Of a stretch of DNA of 64,000 nt, positions 37,910 through 50,208 are shown one piece after another. Within the stretch, counting starts at the first letter, position 1. Every line of letters begins with the position of its first letter. The translations under genes were made by a program, and so were the position numbers. The stretch covers positions 5,890,001 through 5,954,000 of the forward strand of contig OZ249439.1 of NCBI GenBank assembly GCA_965235115.1, read 5' to 3'. The stretch is from Laetmonice hystrix. Its lineage: Eukaryota. The notes under the pieces are model-generated. The model did no database searches. It was not told where the DNA came from and saw nothing but the letters and a program-made list of their open reading frames with translations.

Positions 37910-38837
37910 GAAGCATGGGTGGATCAGAGCGACCTGCCAACCGTCCGATCAATACAAACCTGGTTCAGATGTTTGTTTTACCCACACAAGTCATGCTTGG
38001 TCGACTCCACGCCAAGGGCAGGCGGCAATATGCTACCATCAAACCCAACAACTGGGTCGAAAAATTCGCTGTTTTTGGATGAATAGAAACACACTGCTCA
38101 CCTGCGTCTTTTTGTTTTTAATGGAATAAAAAGGATTTGTTATTTTGCTTTCTTTGTGAAGAGCATACACGTTGGTGATATTGATTTGAAGGCAGCCTCG
38201 ACAACACAGGGTGAATACATCTTCAGTTTTTAGGGCCAGGAGAGCCGTTCCGAACAATTCATTGCTCGCTTTTATATCCGCGCGCAGACCCGCTGCTCAT
38301 CATTAATACCAGAGGGACGATTTCAATCTTCTGCCATATATATCTATTCTGGGGCACTTTATATGAAATATACAATTGTTCATTCTTCGAGTATAGCAGC
38401 ACAGACCAGCTGTAATAGATCGGCATTCCCCTATTTGACCCTCGGAGAAATTTGTCATCGCCTTTAATTCCGCTGTCGGTGAGGATGGCAGTTATTGGAA
38501 GGCCCGGGTCTGGTGTTACTCTAGGGGCAGCAGGGGTTTCAGGCCGAGAATTGGCCTGACGACTGTACGGGTAGCCTGACATTGTGACCTGGCTGCCGGT
38601 GGTCGTACAGAGAACTCCATACACTACCGGCTGTAGAATAGAATACCCCAGTGAGGGGTGGTGTCGTTATGTATTCATCAACATCTCTCGCCTTTATAAC
38701 TTGGTGTTAGTTTTCTCTCGTTAACATTGCAATGAGCATAACTCAGCCACCTTGAGTTGGCCATTTACATTACATATACCAGGACAGAAATATGATACAA
38801 TTAAGTCTCAAATAGATGATAAATTGATATCTTCACT

Positions 38838-39312
38838 CTTACCATAGAATTCACCGGTTCAAACTTACCATAGAATTCACCGGTCCAAACTTACAATAGA
38901 ATTCACCGGTTCAAACTTACCATAGAATTCACCGGTTCAAACTTACCATAGAATTCACCGGTTCAAACTTACCATAGAATTCACCGGTCCAAACTTACCA
39001 TAGAATTCACCGGTTCAAACTTACCATAGAATTCACCGGTCCAAACTTACCATAGAATTCACCGGTCCAAACTTACCATAGAATTCACCGGTTCAAACTT
39101 ACCATAGAATTCACCGGTTCAAACTTACCATAGAATTCACCGGTTCAAACTTACCATAGAATTCACCGGTCCAAACTTACCATAGAATTCACCGGTTCAA
39201 ACTTACCATAGAATTCATCGGTTCAAACTTACTAAAGAATTCATCGGGTTCAAACTTACCATAGAATTCACCGGTTCAAACTTACCATAGAATTCACCGG
39301 TTCAAACTTACC
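38838..39312. repeat. Minisatellite, 26-bp unit, ~18 copies
   Basis: CTTACCATAGAATTCACCGGT(T/C)CAAA tandem. Confidence 0.97.
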
Positions 39313-40526
39313 AGAGATTCAATACAATTCCTTGATCCAAACTTACCAGAGATTCAATACAATTCCTTGATCCAAACTAGCATAGGGCCAAGCGGTCGGC
39401 GTCAAAAGAGACCCGAGTTTGACAGTATTTCCGCCTCAAATGGAATTTACATTAAAATGTTCGCTATGAGAACAGGAAACGCTATATATGGATACGGATC
39501 AAATCTTAAACTTTATAAAACCACCTGTAGAATCAAGGATGAGGCTTCATAAAAGAAAAGCACCATAAAAACATGACGTTCACAGAGTCCATTTACTGAA
39601 TATCTAGCAATTACTGTTCTGGAAAGTCATTCTTATATTACATGGATATCAGTAGACATCAGTTTTCTTAATATCGACATTCAGCGTTTGCAAACGGTTT
39701 ATTTTAGTCTCTTTGTGTTAGCACCATGAAACGCCATCCAACTTAATATGCTTTTATCAAATAGAAGAAATAGCTACTTGAATCAATATTTTTCTACCTC
39801 ATCTTAATATTATTAAATATTAATTTATAGTTCTCCTCTGTCTTTTAGGTCCAATGGTTAAACATCACAGTGGCCTTCGAGTGATCCCGACAAGATATAT
39901 GTAGAATGTGAGGGTGACAGTGCATTTCGTACCTGTCTGTTTACAAAACCTATGTATATTAAACCGAAGAAGTATGCTATTGACAGAAGGTGTATAGATT
40001 TTGAGGAGATAAGTTTGAAACCCGGCCGCGAGGTGGCTTCCCGTAACGCTCAAAGGTTCCTTTAATGTCACAAGGAAATGTTTCAAAAAGGACACACTGT
40101 ATGGAAATGTTTCAAAGAGAACACACTATGCATATAGAAAGTGGTCAGAGAATAACCAGTTCCATATGCATTCAACCAAGTGCTGAATGCGACTGAACAC
40201 TTCTGTTACAATATCACCAGCGTGCCCTTTTATCTGAGCACTGTAATGGAGATTCATTTCTCTGAATGTGGTAATTTTCAGGTTTACTGTGAAGGGATTA
40301 ATATTCGACATAATAGTGCAGCGATTAGGCCGTGTAAAAAGTGAAGAGAATCTATATCTTGAGTATTTTATACTCGTTTGAAATATTGTTGTGTTAGAAT
40401 GGCGGTATCAGTTACAAGCTGAAAAGTCTATAAGAACATCGGTACATGCACGATTTCAAATGGAATTATAATAGCTAAAAATAAGGCTGCCTTTCCGACA
40501 GTTGAGGTCCTTTATAGCTCTGCACT

Positions 40527-40895
40527 GTAGCAACGGAACTGGAACTCGTGACATACAATGGGGGCAACGGAACTGGAACTCGTGACATACAATGGGGGCA
40601 ATGGAACAGGGGCCCGTGACATACAATGGGGGCAACGGAACTGGAACTCATGACATACAATGGGGGCAATGGAACCGGGGCCCGTGACATACAATGGGGG
40701 CAATGGAACCGGGGCCCGTGACATACAATGGGGGCAATAGAACCGGGGCCCGTGACATACAATGGGGGCAATGGAACCGGGGCCCGTGACATACAATGAG
40801 GGCAATGGAACCGGGGCCCGTGACATACAATGGGGGCAACGGCCGTGACATACAATGGGGGCAATGGAACTGGAGCCCGCGACATACAATGGGGG
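40527..40895. repeat. Minisatellite, ~34-bp unit, ~11 copies
   Basis: CGTGACATACAATGGGGGCAATGGAACCGGGGCC with variants. Confidence 0.93.
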
Positions 40896-40978
40896 CGGTG
40901 GATTCGTGGTTTCTAATGTCTGTTCGGAGACTGTTGGCCATCTTGAGGACAGGAAGGAGACCTTTCAGTATTTCTCTT

Positions 40979-41750
40979 CAGTGGTGATGATGGGTTGATA
41001 CAGGGGACGACCGTACACCGGTATACATAGACACAGTGGTGATGATGGGTTGATACAGGGGACGACCGTACACCGGTATACATAGACACAGTGGTGATGA
41101 TGGGTTGATACAGGGGACGACCGTACACCGGTATACATAGACACAGTGGTGATGATGGGTTGATACAGGGGACGACCGTACACCGGTATACATAGACACA
41201 GTGGTGATGATGGGTTGATACAGGGGACGACCGTACACCGGTATACATAGAAACAGTGGTGATGATGGGTTGATACAGGGGACGACCGTACACCGGTATA
41301 CATAGACACAGTGGTGATGATGGGTTGATACAGGGGGCGACCGTACACCGGTATACATAGACACAGTGGTGATGATGGGTTGATACAGGGGACGACCGTA
41401 CACCGGTATACATAGACACAGTGGTGATGATGGGTTGATACAGGGGACGACCGTACACCGGTATACATAGACACAGTGGTGATGATGGGTTGATACAGGG
41501 GACGACCGTACACCGGTATACATAGACACAGTGGTGATGATGGGTTGATACAGGGGACGACCGTACACCGGTATACATAGACACAGTGGTGATGATGGGT
41601 TGATACAGGGGGCGACCGTACACCGGTATACATAGACACAGTGGTGATGATGGGTTGATACAGGGGACGACCGTACACCGGTATACATAGACACAGTGGT
41701 GATGATGGGTTGATACAGGGGACGACCGTACACCGGTATACATAGACACA
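40979..41750. repeat. Minisatellite, 55-bp unit, 14 copies
   Basis: CAGTGGTGATGATGGGTTGATACAGGGGACGACCGTACACCGGTATACATAGACA tandem. Confidence 0.98.
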
Positions 41751-42129
41751 GGGTCACACGCCCCGCCGTTACCAACCCTAGCAGGATATACCGGATCAGA
41801 GAGAGTAGGAAAGAAATACTTTGTGCGATCACGAGGGTGGTCACTGTAGAAACGTGCATGTGACGGCTGCTAAACTCCTGAAACCTTGTCCGCAATTCAC
41901 TGGTCGTACTTGAAACACAACCGTGTTATTGATAGCTGGTCGGTTATGACTCATGAGGTGATGATTAAAGTGAACTTATGAAGTTTGTTGAACTTTTAAT
42001 GTGATTTCGGCATGCTGGACCAAAAACACGGGGAGCCTGGAATTAAAAAAAATAACATAATAACAAATTGAAAATAAGCTCTAATTTGAATAATTGAAAA
42101 CTTCATATTGTGCAGTTCTCATTGAGTCT

Positions 42130-42343
42130 ATTCCTTTATAAAGATGCAGTAGGTGTATTCCTTTATAACGATGCAGTAGGTGTATTCCTTTATAACGATG
42201 CAGTAGGTGTATTCCTTTATAACGATGCAGTAGGTGTATTCCTTTATAACGATGCAGTAGGGGTATTCCTTTATAACGATGCAGTAGGTGTATTCCTTTA
42301 TAAAGATGCAGTAGGTGTATTTCTTTATAACGATGCAGTAGGT
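42130..42343. repeat. Minisatellite, 27-bp unit, ~8 copies
   Basis: GTATTCCTTTATAA(C/A)GATGCAGTAGGT tandem. Confidence 0.95.
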
Positions 42344-42420
42344 GCATTGCTGTGTGACAGCGGCGGTATTTACTTAGTGGTACTTGGGAGCGGCATTAAC
42401 GCTTGTGTACTAAAAACCCG

Positions 42421-44190
42421 GGTCAGACTCTTGGGTCGGTACTGGTCCATCAGTATGGGTGCAGGCGGACATCAGTATAGTACCATAATCCTGGGTCGGT
42501 ACTGGTCCACCAGTATGGGTGCAGGCAGACATCAGTATAGTACCAGAATCCTGGGTCGGTACTAGTCCATCAGTATGGGTGCAGGCGGACATCAGTATAG
42601 TACCATAATCCTGGGTCGGTACTAGTCCATCAGTATGGGTGCAGGCGGACATCAGTATAGTACCAAACCCCGGGTCCGAATCCTGGGTCGGTACTGGTCC
42701 ATCAGTATGGGTGCAGGCGGACATCAGTATAGTACCATAATCCTGGGTCGGTACTGGTCCATCAGTATGGGTGAAGGCGGACATCAGTATAGTACCAGAA
42801 TCCTGGGTCGGTACTAGTCCATCAGTATGGGTGCAGGCGGACATCAGTATAGTACCAGAATCCTGGGTCGGTACTGGTCCACCAGTATGGGTGCAGGCGG
42901 ACATCAGTATAGTACCAGAATCCTGGGTCGGTACTGGTCCACCAGTATGGGTGCAGGCGGACATCAGTATAGTACCAGAATCCTGGGTCGGTATACTGGT
43001 CCATCAGTATGGGTGCAGGCGGACATCAGTATAGTACCAAACCCCCGGTCAGAATCCTGGGTCGGTACTGGTCCATCAGTATGGGTGCAGGCGGACATCA
43101 GTATAGTACCATAATCCTGGGTCGGTACTGGTCCATCAGTATGGGTGCAGGCGGACATCAGTATAGTACCAGAATCCTGGGTCGGTACTGGTCCATCAGT
43201 ATGGGTGCAGGCGGACATCAGTATAGTACCAGAATCCTGGGTCGGTACTGGTCCATCAGTATGGGTGCAGGCGGACATCAGTATAGTACCAGAATCCTGG
43301 GTCGGGACTGGTCCATCAGTATGGGTGCAGGCGGACATCAGTATAGTACCAGAATCCTAGGTCGGTACTGGTCCATCAGTATGGGTGCAGGCAGACATCA
43401 GTATAGTACCAGAATCCTGGGTCGGTACTGGTCCATCAGTATGGGTGCAGGCGGACATCAGTATAGTACCAGAATCCTGGGTCGGTACTGGTCCATCAGT
43501 ATGGGTGCAGGCGGACATCAGTATAGTACCATAATCCTGGGTCGGTACTGGTCCATCAGTATGGGTGCAGGCGGACATCAGTATAGTACCAGAATCCTGG
43601 GTCGGTACTGGTCCATCAGTATGGGTGCAGGCGGACATCAGTATAGTACCAGAATCCTGGGTCGGTACTGGTCCATCAGTATGGGTGCAGGCGGACATCA
43701 GTATAGTACCATAATCCTGGGTCGGTACTGGTCCATCAGTATGGGTGCAGGCGGACATCAGTATAGTACCAGAATCCTGGGTCGGTACTGGTCCATCAGT
43801 ATGGGTGCAGGCAGACATCAGTATAGTACCATAATCCTGGGTCGGTACTGGTCCATCAGTATGGGTGCAGGCGGACATCAGTATAGTACCAGAATCCTGG
43901 GTCGGTACTGGTCCATCAGTATGGGTGCAGGCGGACATCAGTATAGTACCAGAATCCTGGGTCGGTACTGGTCCATCAGTATGGGTGCAGGCGGACATCA
44001 GTATAGTACCAGAATCCTGGGTCGGTACTGGTCCATCAGTATGGGTGCAGGCGGACATCAGTATAGTACCAGAATCCTGGGTCGGTACTGGTCCATCAGT
44101 ATGGGTGCAGGCAGACATCAGTATAGTACCAGAATCCTGGGTCGGTACTGGTCCATCAGTATGGGTGCAGGCAGACATCAGTATAGTACC
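42421..44190. repeat. Minisatellite, 60-bp unit (two 72-bp units), ~29 copies
   Basis: CTGGGTCGGTACTGGTCCATCAGTATGGGTGCAGGCGGACATCAGTATAGTACCA(G/T)AATC tandem. Confidence 0.98.
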
Positions 44191-44402
44191 AACGTGCTGT
44201 GATGTCGGTTTCGGCCTCTAACCTCGCCCCTACTTACAGAAGACGGCCGGCTGCTGCGTACGGAAGCTGCATACAGTATCGTTCAGAGATGGCAAGGGTC
44301 GGTGGGATTAACACAAGGCCCGTCTCCCAGCTCCTGGAGTCAGACTCAGCGCAAAGAAAACCTTAACCTCTACAGTCATTGACACCTGTTGTGGGGTTTC
44401 AT

Positions 44403-44635
44403 TCAGTGGGTACATCCAGGATTTTGGTAAAGGGGAGGGGGTCAGGGGTGGATTTGCTATGAGAGATTAATTCAGAAAGTTCTATTGGGGAGAAAAAAAG
44501 AAAAATTGGTTGCCAAGGGGGGGGGGGTTCGAACCCACTGAACCCCCCCCCCAACCCAACCCACCCCAACCCAACCCACCCCACCCCAACCCAACCCACC
44601 CCACCCCAACCCACCCCCACCCCCATCCACCTATG
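44403..44635. mobile_element. Possible degenerate hAT-like MITE(s) carrying a (CCCAA/CCCAC)n tract
   Basis: CAGTGGGTACATCCAGGATTTT and CAGGGGTGGATT at left, ATCCACCTATG at right, poly-G/GAACCC/poly-C core; no TSD confirmed. Confidence 0.3.
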
Positions 44636-45555
44636 GATCATTCTGGGGCGGGGAGGAGGAGGGGTGCAGGACAGGTTTTTCTCTTAGGACTTCTTAATAC
44701 AATAATGATAGACGTGTCCGGGAGAAATCTTAAGTGCGTCGTTAGAGACTCTCTGACTAGAACACGTTATTAAATCGATCTTTATCTGTCTAGTCCGATA
44801 GGAATCCACTTAAAACATGGCATTGTGGTAGAAGGGCATGATGTATTGTATGTCCTAATGTTGGCTATAACGTCCAGATTATGGGCGTGCTACCACCCTA
44901 ATGGTAACCATCGCCTGAGAAATCACCATGAAACACTGCTGTACGGTTGTCTGAGGGCGTAACTACATGATGCGCTTTCATTGGCCATCCTATAGAGGTT
45001 GCACATCTCGGGGGCCGGTAAAGTGAGTGAATTCATGAATTGCACTGAATTGAGGACCCTAGCTCTCGACACCGGATGCTGTCACAGGGAATCCCCTGTG
45101 GACTTTGTGTCCTTATCTGTTCTGGCACAATGTTTGTTAAGGAAAATGTCGACCAGTGTAATGCATATACTGTATGAATTGACCAGCGTGGACTGTCATA
45201 ATGATCAAAGGGCCCTGTCAGACCCACACGCTGACGTAGTCTGTATGGCTTCACCCACAGGAAGAACGGTCCCGTCGACGACAGGCAGAGTGGAGTGACA
45301 GGCCACAATTCGGTTAGTGGAGAGTGGCGGTAGGCTGAGGCATGCAGGCACACGACCGCCTGTCAGCGTGGCTTCCACAAACCTTCATTTAAAAACCCGC
45401 ACTGTTTGGTCAAGGCCGGGGGTGGGGTGAGCTGGGGGTGGGGTAGATACCCCATGGTGCCATCTCCCCAAAAACTTATCCCTGTCACTACCCCTACCCC
45501 TGCCCAGGTCAGGGGTAGGGGCAATTTCATGTAAGTCTTACCATGGTCAGTAACC

Positions 45556-46049
45556 GGGCAGGGCGGGGAATGAGAACATCTGCATGGTCGGGCAGGGCGG
45601 GGAGGAGGGCATCTGTATGGTCGGGCAGGGCGGAGAATGAGGACATCTGCATGGTCGGGCAGGGTGGGGAATGGCATCTGTATGGTCGGGCAGGGCGGGG
45701 AATGAGGACATCTGCATGGTCGGGCAGGGCGGGGAATGAGGACATCTGCATGGTCGGGCAGGGCGGGGAAGGACATCTGTATGGTCGGGCAGGGCAGGGA
45801 GGAGGGCATCTGTATGGTCGGGCAGGGCAGAGAATGAGGACATCTGCATGGTCGGGCAGGGCGGGGAGGAGGGCATCTGTATGGTAGGGCAGGGTGGGGA
45901 ATGACATCTGTATGGTCGGGCAGGGCGGGGAATGAGGACATCTGCATGGTCGGGCAGGGCGGGGAATGAGGACATCTGCATGGTCGGGCAGGGCGGGGAA
46001 TGAGGACATCTGCATGGTCGGGCAGGGCGGGGAAGGACATCTGTATGGT
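45556..46049. repeat. G-rich minisatellite, ~34-bp unit, ~14 copies
   Basis: GGTCGGGCAGGGCGGGGAATGAGGACATCTG(C/T)AT with variants. Confidence 0.93.
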
Positions 46050-47566
46050 GGGGACTGATGCAGAAACGGCTTCAGTTGTTTGTCCAGGAGAAAATGTGTT
46101 CCGGGGCTGCCAAGCTGTTGGTTGGGGGGGGGGGTGTTTGGTTGTGTGGCAGTTACAAGGGTTTGGGTGGTGGCGGGCAACAGAGAAGGCAAACACCATG
46201 TCCAGGGTGGGTTGGCGGAACGTGTATACTTCTCTATGCATGTGTCGGTGGGACGGGGCAGCCCAGCAGCAGCGCCCCCAGAGCGGTTGCTAAGTCTGGC
46301 TCGGGTGAACGCTTGTCAAACAAGGCTCCACTAAGGCCGGGCTTATTCTCGACCCCGCCAGAATAATGGAATCGTTTTACACTACTGCCTCCACATAGAT
46401 CTATATTTTGGTGGGCCCTACAGTTTTACCCATGTGTAACCATTGGCTGGGAGCTTCCGTTCAGACCTGGCTCGATGGCAGGAGACGTATGGACAGATTA
46501 AGTATGTCAAGGGACGGGCTTTCAGCGATGACGGCAGTTCGGTCTTAGAACTGGAAATGAAATGTTAGAATTTGGAAGGCAATGGTCAAACCCCATTCCC
46601 AAACAGGCCAACTCCAAGCTAGTTTCGCACAACAAAACCCAGGCGATCTGAATCTGTCTCAGTAAAAACGCACTGCTCCAAATGAAGGGCGGGTATTGAT
46701 GGCATAATGCTTGTTCTTTAACTGAAAGAAACGGTTTTTGCCTCACGGACCTGAGGAGTGTTTCGAATCCCGACCCACCCACCCACCCCCGCGCTGTATT
46801 TGTGTGGCTTGTTTTTACATTCAGGATTTTCTGACATTGACTCTAGGGACGAGAGGAGTCGGTATGCAAGCGCTCCATCATGACCTATAGGGTTGGCGGT
46901 TGGTGGTGGGTTAGGCCCCTCTGGTAGTTTTCTCACGAAGTGAGGGGTGGGGATTAATGTTCGGGCCAGGACTGGGAACAGGGAGACGGAAGGTCTGGGA
47001 AGCCGGGGCAGGGGGCAGGATTAGGGATCGAATAGTCATAGAGTTGTAAATGTTTACTTCCATTTTTTTTTATTTATCCCAGTAATACATTCTACACAAG
47101 CCGTTTTTCAATGCAAACCAGCAATCTCGATTTAACAAACGATATATACTTACGGCAGGTAGGTTAAATTGCTAAATAACAATGATAAGGGAATTAAACA
47201 GAAAAGATTAAATAAAAAAGGAAACCGTAAAACAAAACAACAAAATACAAGTACATGTACCCTTGTAAAGAGTCAAAGGTACCAAAGTGTGGAACATGAA
47301 TCCTCCCAAGACACTACTGAACAACTCAATATCAATGAAAGACAAAATAAGGTCAGGGATACATTTACGCTTAATCAATTAAGGAACAAATAGTGTGCTG
47401 TAACCAGATTTTCTGCGCCTGTATAAATGAAAATATTGATAAAATATTTCCGGTAACAATATCGAGACTATTCCATTTACTTGCTGCTTTGTTAATAAAG
47501 TTAGATTTAATTACATGTATTGTAGGTTTTACTGTAACAGAAGACCGTAGAAGTTGTTAACAGAGA

Positions 47567-48322
47567 TTGGTACATTGGTTCGTGAACCTAAATTTCGTGG
47601 ATGTTTTACCATGAGGTACATTGATTGCAGTGAACCTATATTTCGTGGATGTTTTACCATGAGGTACATTGGTTCGTGAACCTAAATTTCCTGGATGTTT
47701 TACCATGACGTACATTGGTTGCAGTGAACCTAAATTTCCTGGATGTTTTACCATAAGGTACATTGGTTGCAGTGAACCTATATTTCGTGGATGTTTTACC
47801 ATGAGGTACATTGGTTCGTGAACCTAAATTTCGTGGATGTTTTACCATGACGTACATTGGTTGCAGTGAACCTAAATTTCCTGGATGTTTTACCATAAGG
47901 TACATTGGTTGCAGTGAACCTATATTTCCTGGATGTTTTACCATAAGGTACATTGGTTGCAGTGAACCTATATTTCCTGGATGTTTTACCATAAGGTACA
48001 TTGGTTGCAGTGAACCTATATTTCCTGGATGTTTTACCATAAGGTACATTGGTTGCAGTGAACCTAAATTTCGTGGATGTTTTACCATATGGTACATTGG
48101 TTCGTGAACCTAAATCTCGTGGATGTTTTACCATAAGGTACATTGGTTCGTGAACCTAAATTTCGTGGATGTTTTACCATGAGGTACATTGGTTCGTGAA
48201 CCTAAATTTCGTGGATGTTTTACCATGAGGTACATTGGTTGCAGTGAACCTAAATTTCCTGGATGTTTTACCATGAGGTACATTGGTTGCAGTGAACCTA
48301 AATTTCGTGGACGTTTTAACAT
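47567..48322. repeat. Minisatellite, mixed 45/48-bp units, ~16 copies
   Basis: GGTACATTGGTT(CG/GCAG)TGAACCTA(A/T)ATTTC(G/C)TGGATGTTTTACCAT(G/A)A tandem. Confidence 0.95.
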
Positions 48323-50208
48323 GAGGGACCTGCCGTTTTATGGTAACTGTCGGGGACTGATTGCTTTCCTTCGCCCTCACCCACTCGTCCACCCGATATG
48401 AACGCCCGCCATGGACGCCACTGTCCAGGCTCGGCTCAGTGGCACAACTTTACTTGATTACCATTGTTGGAGGTGGGAGAAAATCACCAATGAACACGCA
48501 GGACATACCAGTGCCAACACTGGACGTGCAAAGCCCCCGTCCCTAGCGAATAGCGAAATCATGCGCGTGGAGTAAAATTGAAAATTATTGTAAACAGAAG
48601 TAGCGCGTAGGAGGATTTGGTCAACATAGCATTTAGTGATATACGTGAGGTAGTGACAGCGATCGGCTTGAACACACAAATCACAGTTTGTGTCGGTCGG
48701 TTGGTACTGATATTAGGTTAGTGATGCTCAACCAAGTGGTCATTTCATCAGCTAGTGATGACTTATCTCTCAGACAGTCACTTCTCAAGTACCTCCGGCC
48801 TCCGCGCCCAGTCCTTGGCCTCATCTTGTACCAAGGGAGGCGGAGAAAATTACTCGGCGGTCAGAGTATGTACTGTGACTGTCTGGAATCGGTAATGAGA
48901 CCCTGTCTCGACAGCTTGAGAGGAAACTTGTTTTTTTGGTATCCATGCTCATTACTGATCAGACGTGTTTTTGAGTTCTTTGAACAATCCTCTAATGGTA
49001 AACTGGCAGATTGATATTGGTGTTTGCATGAAGGACGGAGACTGTACTATCCATATTATAAGCTACATTTTACTGAAACATGTAAGCACCGTCACTCACA
49101 CTCTAGTGCAGATCTGACAACACTCTACAGTTACATGACCTGTATTGAGAATGACACCGACGGTTCGCTAATGCGTTCTTTTATTAAATAAACTTGAAGC
49201 GTGTCGTATAACCGGATATGAATTATTTTACATGTACTTATAGTTCTGGAACAACTTTCAGTGTGTATTTGGTATGCGGGAATTTTCCGTGTAACTAACT
49301 GTTTAACGGCGTGGTGCAATTCCACGTTTGAATAAATTTAAACGGGACTAACAAGAGTTTAATGTTTCTGTATTAACTTAACTGCCAAGGAAAGATTCCT
49401 AGCTGCACGTCTAGAAATATTTATTTTACCACAAGAAAATGCGCGCCTCAAATTTATCAGGAACATTTCTGAAAAGGATTTGACGTAGAACATTTTGATT
49501 TGCGTAATTGGATCTAATTAAAGTTGTTGGATTACAAGTCTGAAATCGCCAAACAATACTCAGCCGTTTTATGATTAAACCATACATTATCTTCATTGTC
49601 TGAATATGACACAAGTAGAGCAATTGCCGTCTTGACCCAGAAGATCTCAATGAAAACACCTTTCGTAATACACTGGGAAACGAATCAGTTAAACACCCCC
49701 GATCTCTGGCACAGCAATAAAATAAATATTTCTTTCCAAGTGTCATTATGTTGATTTATCTGTGAATGTGATGAATCCTTGGAAGCCAGAGCTTACGGGA
49801 CGCGACATTTCATTCAGAACCGAGCGGGAATTGCTGTCACCTGTTTTCTATTTCCTTTATACACTGATATATAATCGCAAATTAATAAGGTTGATTATCA
49901 TGAAATTTTAATGAAGTATTCGTCTCCTAGGAATGTCAAGGTTAGCTTGGCCGTAGTTACCAGGCTATCCAACTCCTGTTCGTGTTTCACCTTGCTCATG
50001 CTCGATATTTAGATGTAATAAACTGGTGATAATTAAGGCAGCAGAGAAAATACTTTTCTAATTAAACGTTTCTCATGATATGAAAACATTGTTTTCTAAC
50101 GACAGAGTGCCGTATTACAGATTTTGATAAACTTGAATCAAACTCACAATGTAACGTGTGTTCAGGTTATCAGGTAAAATAAGCTGCGATTCGATTGATT
50201 GCTGTTAG

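Noticed and set aside
36152-38129. 600+ aa ORFs with a 32-aa repeat
   Set aside because: A 32-bp unit without stops opens all three frames; the 2-bp insertion at ~36403 and stop variants are tolerated.
9980-40311. Scattered LRR-like words (e.g. ILDLSAT ~12.5 kb, NLKLLRTLYPRN ~12.63 kb, SFQSLT ~30.5 kb, LFKSL ~31.86 kb, LSVAGN in the 32-bp unit), tempting a VLR-like cassette-library hypothesis
   Set aside because: Similar words appear on both strands and in antisense frames of the cadherin exon, so the chance rate is high; there are no intact cassettes or splice signals. It would need HMM enrichment over shuffled controls.
40475-48401. Numerous Cys/His/Pro-rich repeat ORFs
   Set aside because: All coincide with the 34-, 55-, 27-, 60- and 45/48-bp arrays, with frame changes at indels.
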